This document shows positions 38,716-47,687 of a DNA stretch of 64,000 nucleotides, one piece after another. Location: assembly GCA_021740585.1 (NCBI GenBank), contig JAIOZM010000001.1, positions 43,747 through 107,746 on the forward strand, given 5' to 3'. Position 1 is the stretch's first letter. Each line of letters opens with the position of its first letter. Below the pieces are notes generated by a model, which searched no databases, was not told where the DNA came from, and saw only the letters and a program-made list of their open reading frames with translations. The DNA comes from Bacteroidales bacterium. Lineage in GTDB: Bacteria; Bacteroidota; Bacteroidia; Bacteroidales; GCA-2748055. The position numbers were made by a program, and so were the translations under genes.

Positions 38716-41700
38716 ATGACATATATGCCTATAAGATTTTTAGTGAAGAATATTCGTCTGTTTAGACGAATATTTTTTTTATCATGTCTGTTTCTTTCAT
38801 TGAATGTTGAAGGACAGAATTATTTTTTCGATTCATATAGTGTTGCCGAAGGTCTGGCACAATCGACAGTTTTTGATATTCTGCAGGATCAGAACGATTA
38901 CGTATGGCTTGGAACCCGGGCGGGAGTAAGTCGGTTCGACGGACAGGAATTTATTAATTTCACTGCAGAAGACGGACTCGCAGTGAACAGCGTTCGGATT
39001 ATTTTTCAGCAGAAGAATAGTAATAATATTTGGTTTGGTCATGTGGGAGGAGGGATAAGTTTTTATGATGGACATGTTTTTCATGAATTTTCCAAAGGAG
39101 AAACCTTTACTTCCGATATTACAGGATTTGTATTTGATTCGGATGGAAATTTCTGGATAAGTTCCGAAGGATCAGGGGCTGTAAAGATTAAAAGTATTAA
39201 GAAAACGTTGGAGGAATCGGTCTTTGAAATCTATAAAGGGAATGATTTAAGCGACAGAATCTTCGGGATTTTGAAAACTTCAGATAATAAACTATTATTT
39301 CTTACCGATGCTTTTGTAAAGAAATATGATGCTGAAAAAAATGTTTTTGAAAGCTTCAATATGGATGGGATGCCTACTTTTTTCCAAATAACATCTTTGT
39401 ATGAGGATAGTAAGAAGAATTTATGGTTCGGCACATTCCATGGTGGCTTATACAAATATGATGCGGAACTTGGAAGCTTTAAGATTTATGATATCAGGGA
39501 CGGATTAAGCTCAAACTGGATCAGCAATGTAGGAGAAGATCGGAATGGAAACACATGGGTGGGCACCTGGGGTGGCGGGATTACCCTTATTTCACCTGAT
39601 GGCTTGAAAATTTATAATCAGGAAAATGGTTTGCCCGATACCAAAATCAGAAGGGTCTTGGAAGACAGGGAAGGGAATATGCTAATTGGGAGTAATGAGA
39701 ACGGACTGGTAATTTATAAGGGGGATGAGTTTATTTCATATTTTGTTGAAGATGGACTTGTAAATTCACAAGTGTGGGCTATTGAGCAGGATGAAACGGG
39801 AAAATACTGGTTTGGAACCAACCAGGGAATTAGTATACTAAATCCTAAAAATAAACAATTCACTAATTTTTATAAGCTAAAGGAAAACGGAATCAGATTC
39901 CTGAAGAAAGATTCTAAAAACAGAATGTGGATAGCTACTGATAATCAGGGCATCTTTACACAGAATTTGAACAACGGCGTATTTACCTATGAGCCCGGTT
40001 TAAACTCATATTTATCCTCTTTAATTGTTACCGCTCTTGAAGCAGATAATCGGGGTATTATTTGGGTTGGGGCTCTTGATGCATTGGTTGGTTACGATTA
40101 CGATACCAGAACGGCAGTTTATTTTACTCAAACTTCCGGTCTCTCAACCAATGAAGTTACCGCTTTATATTTTTCAGAGAAGAGTGAGCGCTTATGGATT
40201 GGAACCCGCGATGGCGGTTTAAATTATTACGAAGGAGATAGTATTTATCAATTAAATCTTGAGGAGACCTTTACTCCAACTTCCATCACAAGCGATAATG
40301 ATGGGAGTTTATGGCTTGGCACAGAAGCAAAAGGAGTCCTGAAAATAGATACTGAGAACTCAAAAATTTTGAAGGATTTTAAAGTGTCGGATGGATTACT
40401 GGCCAATCTTATAAACCTCGTAGAGGTGGATGAAATGAATAATGTGTATATCGGTACAAACAAGGGATTAAATATTTATGATCAGAACAGGGACAAGTTA
40501 TTGACTTATAACAATAAAAATGGCTTTGTTGGGATTGAAACAAAGCCATCTGCGGTTCATAAGGATACTGAAGGGAATCTTTGGTTTGGAACCGTTCTGG
40601 GAGCTACAAGATATGATCCCGACAAAATGAAAAAGCAGGTTACTGATCCTCTCACACACATAATCAGCATTAAAGTTAACCTTCAGGACAGAGATCTTAC
40701 ACCTGGACTTACATTGAAATATACAGAGAATGATGTAGTTATCGATTATATCAGCATGTGTTTAACTAACCCTGATGCTGTTGCATATAAGATAATGTTG
40801 GAAGGTGCTGAAAATGACTGGCGACCGGTTACACGTCAAACACGGGTAACATATCCTTCACTGGCTCCCAGAAAGTACACTTTCAAGGTTATTGGAAGGA
40901 ATAATGAAGGGACATGGAATTCTGAGCCCATTAGCTTCTCATTTCAAATCAGACCACCTTTCTATCTGACGGTTTGGTTTATCATAACAGTTTTAACTCT
41001 GATTACAGCTGCAATTATTTCATATATCAAAATACGGGAAAGAAATCTTTTAATTGAGAAAAGAATTCTTGAGGACAAAGTAAGAGAAAGAACTGCGGAA
41101 GTGGTGGCTCAAAAAGAGGAGCTTGCTGAGAAAAATAAGGATATCACAGATTCAATCAGATACGCAAAACGTATTCAGGTTGCAATACTTCCGCCAAAAA
41201 TACCTTTCGACGACACATTTGTCTTATTCAAACCAAAAGATATTGTAAGTGGCGATTTTTATTGGTTTGAAGTTGTTGGGGATCGTGAATTTATGGCGGC
41301 AGTGGATTGCACCGGACATGGTGTTCCTGGAGCATTTATGTCAATAATAGGTACAAACCTTTTAAATAAAATTGTGAAAGAGCGTGGCATTTATAAACCT
41401 TCAGAAATTATTGACACACTGAACGAAGAGGTTATACACAATCTTAAGAGCGGGGATGAGGGGAGTAAGGTTTATGATGGTATGGATCTTGCGCTTGTGT
41501 GCTATAACCGACGCACCGGACAACTGGAATATGCCGGTGCCTATAATCCATTGTTAATAGTGAGGAATAACGATATCGAAGAAATTAAAGCCGACAGATT
41601 TGGTGTAGGGAGATCGTCGAGGGTGGAGGAAGCCAGAAAGTTTACCAACAATGAAGTTCAAATCAATAAAGGAGAGACGATTTATATTTTCTCCGATGGT

Positions 41701-41886
41701 TTTGCTGATCAATTTGGAGGAGATACAGGTAAGAAGTTTAAATCCAAGCCAATGAAAGAGCTATTTCTGGCTGTATATGAAAAGCCCTTGGATGTTCAGC
41801 AGGAAATTCTTGAAAAAACGCTTGAAGCCTGGAGAGGCAATATTGAACAGGTTGATGATGTGCTGATTATTGGGCGGCGATTTTGA
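38716..41886 (+). CDS. Sensor phosphatase: periplasmic two-component-regulator propeller repeats + Y_Y_Y domain, one TM helix, coiled coil, PP2C/SpoIIE phosphatase
   Basis: Repeated W.GT..GL..(Y/F)D blades. The Y_Y_Y region has AYKIMLEGAENDW. The TM helix is FYLTVWFIITVLTLITAAIISYI. The SpoIIE domain has SGDFYWFE ... AAVDCTGHGVPGAF ... DGFADQFGG ... QVDDVLIIG. Confidence 0.85.
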   Translation: MTYMPIRFLVKNIRLFRRIFFLSCLFLSLNVEGQNYFFDSYSVAEGLAQSTVFDILQDQNDYVWLGTRAGVSRFDGQEFINFTAEDGLAVNSVRIIFQQKNSNNIWFGHVGGGISFYDGHVFHEFSKGETFTSDITGFVFDSDGNFWISSEGSGAVKIKSIKKTLEESVFEIYKGNDLSDRIFGILKTSDNKLLFLTDAFVKKYDAEKNVFESFNMDGMPTFFQITSLYEDSKKNLWFGTFHGGLYKYDAELGSFKIYDIRDGLSSNWISNVGEDRNGNTWVGTWGGGITLISPDGLKIYNQENGLPDTKIRRVLEDREGNMLIGSNENGLVIYKGDEFISYFVEDGLVNSQVWAIEQDETGKYWFGTNQGISILNPKNKQFTNFYKLKENGIRFLKKDSKNRMWIATDNQGIFTQNLNNGVFTYEPGLNSYLSSLIVTALEADNRGIIWVGALDALVGYDYDTRTAVYFTQTSGLSTNEVTALYFSEKSERLWIGTRDGGLNYYEGDSIYQLNLEETFTPTSITSDNDGSLWLGTEAKGVLKIDTENSKILKDFKVSDGLLANLINLVEVDEMNNVYIGTNKGLNIYDQNRDKLLTYNNKNGFVGIETKPSAVHKDTEGNLWFGTVLGATRYDPDKMKKQVTDPLTHIISIKVNLQDRDLTPGLTLKYTENDVVIDYISMCLTNPDAVAYKIMLEGAENDWRPVTRQTRVTYPSLAPRKYTFKVIGRNNEGTWNSEPISFSFQIRPPFYLTVWFIITVLTLITAAIISYIKIRERNLLIEKRILEDKVRERTAEVVAQKEELAEKNKDITDSIRYAKRIQVAILPPKIPFDDTFVLFKPKDIVSGDFYWFEVVGDREFMAAVDCTGHGVPGAFMSIIGTNLLNKIVKERGIYKPSEIIDTLNEEVIHNLKSGDEGSKVYDGMDLALVCYNRRTGQLEYAGAYNPLLIVRNNDIEEIKADRFGVGRSSRVEEARKFTNNEVQINKGETIYIFSDGFADQFGGDTGKKFKSKPMKELFLAVYEKPLDVQQEILEKTLEAWRGNIEQVDDVLIIGRRF

Positions 41887-42483
41887 TCAATGCTTCTTAA
41901 CAGCGGCAAATTTAATGGCTTCGGCATCCCATGGAGGACTTTCAATTATTGCATCAATTACTTCAGATGGATCTGAAACTACTGTCCAGATTTCGGAATG
42001 TGAATCGCGCATAAATTTTTGACTGATCATTCTGGCGAGTAATTCGAAAAGAGGATCGTAAAAGCCATTGGTATTCACAATAATAATGGGCTTGGTGAAC
42101 TGTCCGAGTTGTTTAAGACTTATAAATTCCATTAACTCGTCCATTGTACCAACACCACCGGGAAGGGTAATTATAGCATCAATATCTTTCTTAAGGCGAT
42201 ACTTTCTTTCGTGCATGTCCCTCACAAGAATCATGTCTTTGACACCTTTGTGGGCCCATTCCATTTCCTTCATAAAAACTGGAATAATTCCTTTAATATT
42301 CCCGCCCATTTCGAGTGCTGTATCTGCTATTTTGCCCATCAGCCCTATACCTCCACCACCGTAGTTTATAGCAATGTCATTATTAATAAGCTCCCGTGTA
42401 AGATTTTCGGCTACATCAAAATATATATCATCGACACCCGGACTTGAGGCACAAAATATGGCAACCCGCTTTATATTTTTCAT
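41887..42483 (-). CDS. LOG family (TIGR00730-type) nucleotide phosphoribohydrolase
   Basis: Motifs GGGGIGLMG and PGGVGTMDEL. Confidence 0.85.
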   Translation of the reverse strand: MKNIKRVAIFCASSPGVDDIYFDVAENLTRELINNDIAINYGGGGIGLMGKIADTALEMGGNIKGIIPVFMKEMEWAHKGVKDMILVRDMHERKYRLKKDIDAIITLPGGVGTMDELMEFISLKQLGQFTKPIIIVNTNGFYDPLFELLARMISQKFMRDSHSEIWTVVSDPSEVIDAIIESPPWDAEAIKFAAVKKH

Positions 42484-42541
42484 AAATGGTTAAAAAAGGC
42501 AGAAAGCTAAAGGAGAGATCCCAAGCCTAAATTTTCAAATT

Positions 42542-42859
42542 CTAGAATAAAACTTCTAATTTTTTAACAAGTACAGATTTTGGGACAGCACCAACCTGCT
42601 TGTCTACAACTTCTCCGTTCTTAAAGAATAAAATAGTAGGAATGTTTCTTATACCATATTTCATAGTAACATCAGGATTGCTATCAACATCCAGCTTGCC
42701 AACAACGGCTTTTTCAATAAAATCTTCACCAATTTCCTGAACAATTGGGCCAACCATACGACATGGACCACACCATTCTGCCCAGAAATCAACGATAACG
42801 GGCTTACCTGATTTAAGAACTAATTCTTCAAAATTACTGTCTGTAAACTCGAGTGCCAT
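42542..42859 (-). CDS. trxA: Thioredoxin
   Basis: 105 aa, with the WAEWCGPCR active site. Confidence 0.95.
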   Translation of the reverse strand: MALEFTDSNFEELVLKSGKPVIVDFWAEWCGPCRMVGPIVQEIGEDFIEKAVVGKLDVDSNPDVTMKYGIRNIPTILFFKNGEVVDKQVGAVPKSVLVKKLEVLF

Positions 42860-42900
42860 AATTATTTTATTTAAAGTTTTAAAAAATTTATTTCGGTTTG

Positions 42901-42930
42901 CAAATATAAGTAAAAAGTTACCGGTTGCAA
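42901..42930 (-). promoter_or_regulatory. Bacteroidota-type promoter for trxA
   Basis: Minus strand reads TTG (42930..42928), then 19 nt, then TATATTTG (42908..42901), ending 41 nt upstream of the ATG. Confidence 0.5.
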
Positions 42931-43057
42931 GTTTCAGGTTTGCTCCTTTCAGTCGCGTTTCAGGTTTAACTCCCTTCAGTTGTTGAGCTCACCGCTAGAA
43001 AGCGGACCGGTTCAGGTTTGCGACAGGCCCAACCTGAAACCTTTTCAACCTGAAACC
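42931..43057. repeat. TTTCAGGTT / AACCTGAAACC repeat cluster between dnaE stop and trxA promoter
   Basis: Direct copies are (t)ttcaggttt at 42932, 42958 and 43011, the first two inside a 26-27-bp tandem (gtttcaggttt..ctcc.ttcagt...). Inverted copies aacctgaaacc are at 43031 and 43047. There is also a ccgct-agaa-agcgg mini hairpin at 42992-43005. Confidence 0.7.
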
Positions 43058-43084
43058 TTTTAACTTTTTAACCTTCACCCAGCC

Positions 43085-46000
43085 TCAATTCAAATTGTAT
43101 TCAATTTCAGTATTATCATTAATAAAGCTGAAAAAATCGTCAGAGATCTCTATATATTGATTTCTGGAAAACAGGTCCAGCATTATATTTGTATCCTTAT
43201 CAACAATGGTAAATCGCAAAAGTTTTCCGGGATGATTCTTTTCAGGCTTTTTTATAAAAACACTTACATTTTCAATAAGTTCATCACTTAGATTTTCAAC
43301 ATTTACTTTCAAGGTTACCTGCTTAACTAATTCAGTTCTTGCTTCCGAGAGTAAATGGATAGATTTTAATCGAAGCGAGATACCTTTCCTCCCGTCTTTG
43401 GTCTCCCATTCTTCAACAACAGCCTTAATCAACAGGGCAATTCCGGGGGTAAAATAAGACTTAAATGACACAAAGTCGTTCCTCCATAAACCCAATCGAT
43501 AACTATCGGTATAATCTTCTAAAACAGCATTCCCAAAAGGCTTATTGTTTTTAGCAATGCCTTCACGGAATGATTTTACCATCCCGGCAAAAACGACTTC
43601 CCTGCCCACCAAAGCTTCTATATTATTATTCAGTTTATCAAGATCGGTATTGCAAAGATTTATAATTTCGGGTTTGAACCGGTCCAGAGGGTGAGCTGTA
43701 AGGTAAATTCCAATCAGCTCTTTTTCTTTCGCTATTTTTTCCATTAAATCCCATTCGGGCGCATCTGTGGGCTCCGGCTTATGAATGGTTTCTGATGTGG
43801 ATTCTCCGAAAAGAGACTGTTGACTACTGCTTTTTTCAACTTTTAATCGATTCCCGTATCTTATTAATGCTTCAATAAAAGTGGGTTCGTTATTGGACGG
43901 AAGAAAATACTGAGATCGGTGATAGGGAGGAAAACAGTCGAAAGAGCCTGAATACGCGAGCCCTTCCAGACTTTTTTTATTCACACTTTGAAGATCAATC
44001 CTTTCAGCAAAATCGTATAAACTTTTAAATTCTCCATTCTTTTTTCTCTCCTCAATAATGCTTACAACCGCACTTTCACCCACGCCTTTTATAGCTCCCA
44101 ATCCAAATCTGATATTACCTTTTTTATTTACGGTAAACTTTAATTTACTTTCATTTACATCAGGACCTAAAACTAAAATTCCCATTCGCAAACATTCATC
44201 CATAAAAAATCCAATTTTTTTGATGTCTGAAAAATTCCGGCTAAGTACCGCAGCCATAAATTCAGCAGGATAATGCGCTTTAAGATAAGCTGTTTGAAAG
44301 GAAATATAAGCATAGCAGGTTGAATGAGATTTATTAAAAGCATATTGAGCAAATGCTTCCCAATCTTGCCATATCTGAAGAACAATTTTTTCGTCGTGAT
44401 TATTCTTCTTACAACCAGCAATAAACTTTTCCTTCAGCTCGTCCATCATTTTCTTTATCTTCTTACCCATGGCTTTCCTCAGGGAATCTGCCTCACCCCG
44501 GGTAAATCCGGCTAATTTCCTCGATAGGCGCATCACCTGTTCCTGGTAGACCGTAATGCCATAGGTTTCCTTCAGCTCCTCTTCCATTTCGGGAAGTGAA
44601 TATTTAATTACTTCTCTTCCGTGTTTTCTGGCAATGAAATTGGGGATATATTCCATAGGTCCCGGTCTGTATAAAGCATTCATCGCAATCAAATCCTCAA
44701 AACGGTTTGGCTCTAAATTTCGCAAATGCTTCTTCATTCCCGGCGATTCAAACTGAAAAAGACCAGTGGTATCGCCCCGGCTAAAAAGTTCATAGGTTTT
44801 AGGATCGTCGAGGGGAATAGAATCGAAATCAATATCAATTCCCTTCGATTCTTTAACATTAGCTATGGCATCTTTGATAATGGACAGTGTTTTTAAACCC
44901 AGGAAGTCCATTTTCAACATCCCCACATCTTCAATATGCTTGCCGTCGAATTGGGTTACCAGTAAATCAGATTCTTTTGATTTGCACACAGGAACATGTT
45001 CAATCAAATCATCTTTTCCAATAATAATTCCACAAGCATGAAGACCGGTATGTCGCACCGAACCTTCGAGAATCTCAGCATATTTTAGTGTTGAGGCTAT
45101 CAATTCATTGTCTGAGGTTTGTTCTTTTTTCAGTTCCGGCACCTCCTTAAAAGCATCTTTAAGTGACGTACCGGGTCTTTCCGGCACTAATTTCGAGAGC
45201 CGGTCAGCAATGGAAAGCGGAAGTTTCTGAATTCTGGCAACATCGCGAATAGACATCTTAGCTGCCATCGTACCAAAAGTGATGATATGCGCTACCCGTT
45301 CCTTACCGTATTTATTTACCACCCATTTAAGTACATCGTCCCGGCCATCTTCATCAAAATCGATATCGATATCAGGCATTGACACCCGGTCCGGATTCAG
45401 GAACCGCTCAAAAAGGAGATTGTATTTCAAGGGATCTATATCGGTTATTTTGGTGCAATACGCTACCACAGATCCTGCTGCCGATCCACGTCCGGGTCCC
45501 ACCGATACGCCCATATTCCGGGCCTCTTGTATAAAGTCCTGAACAATAAGAAAATAGCCCGGGAAGCCCATCTTTTTGATGGTCTCAAGCTCAAAATCTA
45601 TCCTTTCAGTAATTGTTTGGTCGATTTCTTTATATCTTTTTTTCGCACCCTCAAGGGTGAGGTGTCGTAAATAATCGTCTTCGTTCTCAAATCCCTCAGG
45701 AATAGGGAATTCCGGCAAAAGAGGCTTCCGGTTTAATTCGTAGGATTCAATTTTATCAACTATTTCCTGTGTATTTATTAAAACTTCAGGAATGTCGGAA
45801 AATAAAGCGGCCATCTCCTCCCTCGTTTTAAACCATTCCTGCTCGGTATAGCTTAAACGTTTGGGATCGTCAATATCGCTATTTGTACTCAGGCAAATTA
45901 AGCGATCGTGAGCTCCGGCATCTTCAGCATTAATAAAATGAACATCGTTGGTGGCAATGCATTTTATATTGTGTTTTTTTCCTAGTTTAAGGAGAACCTG

Positions 46001-47329
46001 ATTCACATATACCTGATCGTTGAATACTTTTTCATTCATCCCGGTTTTATCAGAAGGATGCCGTTGAAGCTCAAGATAAAAATCCTCTCCAAAAATATCT
46101 TTGTATTCCAGAACGACCAATTCCCCAGCTTCCTCGCCTTCGTTTACAATGGTCTGAGGAATTTCTCCTCCAAGGCAGGCCGAAGAGGCAATAATCCCTT
46201 CATGATACTTCTTTAAAAGTTCCTTATCAATCCTGGGTTTGTAATAAAAGCCTTCCGTCCATCCAAGAGAAACCAGTTTCACGAGATTATTGTAGCCTTT
46301 TTTATTTTTTGCAAGAAGAATGAGGTGATCTCCACCGCCATCTGATTTTTCATCCTTATCGAAACGACTTCTCCGGGCAACATACATCTCACAGCCAAGA
46401 ATGGGAATCAGGTCGTTTTTTAAGGCTTCATTATGAAAAACTTTTGATCCGAACATGTTTCCATGGTCGGTTAATGCTATGGCTTTCATCCCGTCTTGTT
46501 TGGCTTTTTTTATCAAGTCAGATATGGAAGCAGCTCCATCGAGAATGGAATACTGGGAGTGTACGTGAAGATGGGTGAAATTATAATCTTCCGAATTTAT
46601 TGATTCCGTGGTATTTTCTATGGAATCGGCTTCCTTTTCAAGCGGATTAAAATTTGACTCGATTTCTATTTGAAAAGCAGGGATAATTTCCGGATTTTTA
46701 AGAATAAAATCTTCATAATCAGTGCTCGTAATATTCAATTTCTTTTCATCCAGAACTTTTAAACGGTAAAGCTCAAAAAAACATCTGGCTGTTGCAGCTA
46801 CATCGGCAGAAGCATTATGAGCCTCATCAAATTCTTCATTGAACAGCTTTTTGTGTAGTTCAAAAAGCGTGGGCCATTTATAGCTTCCTCCTCTTCCTCC
46901 GGGCAGCTGACAGAAATCGGTGCTTTCATCCTTGGTGCATAATTGGGTGGTGCTTTTTAAAGGATTCTCCATAGTAAGACGAAGATATTCAGCAGCCAGA
47001 ATATTTAAATCGAATTCAATATTATGTCCGATTACAAGAAAAGAGTTTTTTACATCTTCAGAAAATTCCAGCATTACTGTTTTTAATTCCTTGCCATCCT
47101 CTAAGGCTTTTTGTGTGGTGATGCCATGAACCTTTTCGGCACCAAAGGGAATGGTAAAACCTTCCGGCTTTACAATATGATTTTTTGCTGCAATTAATTT
47201 CCCTTCTTTGTCATGTATTTCCCACGCAAGCTGAACCAACCGGGGCCAGTTATCCAAATCCTCAATGGGAGCATTGTAATTTTTGGGTAATCCCGTTGTT
47301 TCTGTGTCAAATATTAAAAACCACTGCAC
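43085..47329 (-). CDS. dnaE: DNA polymerase III alpha subunit with fused N-terminal DEDDh 3'-5' exonuclease (DnaQ-like) domain
   Basis: 1414 aa with a GTG start. Exo motifs are FDTETTG, GHNIEFDLNIL and HNASADVAAT (aa 1-196). These are followed by the PHP domain (HLHVHSQYSILDGA), palm/fingers (MPDIDIDF, GLLKMDFLGLKTL) and an OB fold. Confidence 0.95.
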   Translation of the reverse strand: MQWFLIFDTETTGLPKNYNAPIEDLDNWPRLVQLAWEIHDKEGKLIAAKNHIVKPEGFTIPFGAEKVHGITTQKALEDGKELKTVMLEFSEDVKNSFLVIGHNIEFDLNILAAEYLRLTMENPLKSTTQLCTKDESTDFCQLPGGRGGSYKWPTLFELHKKLFNEEFDEAHNASADVAATARCFFELYRLKVLDEKKLNITSTDYEDFILKNPEIIPAFQIEIESNFNPLEKEADSIENTTESINSEDYNFTHLHVHSQYSILDGAASISDLIKKAKQDGMKAIALTDHGNMFGSKVFHNEALKNDLIPILGCEMYVARRSRFDKDEKSDGGGDHLILLAKNKKGYNNLVKLVSLGWTEGFYYKPRIDKELLKKYHEGIIASSACLGGEIPQTIVNEGEEAGELVVLEYKDIFGEDFYLELQRHPSDKTGMNEKVFNDQVYVNQVLLKLGKKHNIKCIATNDVHFINAEDAGAHDRLICLSTNSDIDDPKRLSYTEQEWFKTREEMAALFSDIPEVLINTQEIVDKIESYELNRKPLLPEFPIPEGFENEDDYLRHLTLEGAKKRYKEIDQTITERIDFELETIKKMGFPGYFLIVQDFIQEARNMGVSVGPGRGSAAGSVVAYCTKITDIDPLKYNLLFERFLNPDRVSMPDIDIDFDEDGRDDVLKWVVNKYGKERVAHIITFGTMAAKMSIRDVARIQKLPLSIADRLSKLVPERPGTSLKDAFKEVPELKKEQTSDNELIASTLKYAEILEGSVRHTGLHACGIIIGKDDLIEHVPVCKSKESDLLVTQFDGKHIEDVGMLKMDFLGLKTLSIIKDAIANVKESKGIDIDFDSIPLDDPKTYELFSRGDTTGLFQFESPGMKKHLRNLEPNRFEDLIAMNALYRPGPMEYIPNFIARKHGREVIKYSLPEMEEELKETYGITVYQEQVMRLSRKLAGFTRGEADSLRKAMGKKIKKMMDELKEKFIAGCKKNNHDEKIVLQIWQDWEAFAQYAFNKSHSTCYAYISFQTAYLKAHYPAEFMAAVLSRNFSDIKKIGFFMDECLRMGILVLGPDVNESKLKFTVNKKGNIRFGLGAIKGVGESAVVSIIEERKKNGEFKSLYDFAERIDLQSVNKKSLEGLAYSGSFDCFPPYHRSQYFLPSNNEPTFIEALIRYGNRLKVEKSSSQQSLFGESTSETIHKPEPTDAPEWDLMEKIAKEKELIGIYLTAHPLDRFKPEIINLCNTDLDKLNNNIEALVGREVVFAGMVKSFREGIAKNNKPFGNAVLEDYTDSYRLGLWRNDFVSFKSYFTPGIALLIKAVVEEWETKDGRKGISLRLKSIHLLSEARTELVKQVTLKVNVENLSDELIENVSVFIKKPEKNHPGKLLRFTIVDKDTNIMLDLFSRNQYIEISDDFFSFINDNTEIEYNLN

Positions 47330-47443
47330 AATCTTTCCTTTCTTTATTGTAAATGTCTAGTAATCAGGGAAAAAATAAATCCCTTTGGGATTTATAAAAT
47401 TAGGGATTTTTTGGGGGAATTTGGTGGGTTGTTGATAAGTTTT

Positions 47444-47605
47444 GGATGGGAGGTTGGGTGGGAGGTTGGATGGGACGTTGCATGCAACGTCCGTACTGCT
47501 ATTGATGAGGTATAATCTGCTGCTGTGCCATTGCATGCAACGTCCGTACTGCTATTGATGAGGGATAATCTGCTGCTGTGCCATTGCATGCAATGGCACA
47601 GCAGC
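47444..47605. repeat. Composite repeat: 3 x 12 bp (ggatgggaggtt), 20-bp palindrome, 2.4 x 53-bp tandem ending in a perfect 34-bp palindrome
   Basis: 12-mers at 47444, 47456 and 47468. ggacgttgcatgcaacgtcc at 47473-47492. 53-bp units begin at 47478, 47531 and 47584, with one mismatch between the full units. gctgctgtgccattgcatgcaatggcacagcagc at 47572-47605. Confidence 0.85.
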
Positions 47606-47687
47606 AAAAAAAATCCAAATTCCCCTACGATTTTTCAGCCTTTTTTATATTAATAGATGGAGCTGTTGCAGACAAGGGCTCCACAAA

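Noticed and set aside
41881-41892. Convergent stop codons of the PP2C sensor gene and the LOG gene abut as the palindrome TGATCA with zero intergenic bases
   Set aside because: This is probably coincidental tight packing. There is no hairpin or other structure to suggest a functional element.
47444-47605. Possible CRISPR array
   Set aside because: There are only 2.4 contiguous 53-bp units with no unique spacers, and no cas genes. The repeats are REP-type palindromes next to a RAYT.
47392-47607. 71-aa minus-strand ORF with HPTSHPTSHPTSHP repeats
   Set aside because: It is just the translation of the 12-bp and 53-bp DNA repeats and palindromes upstream of dnaE. It has no plausible start context and the composition is driven by the repeats.
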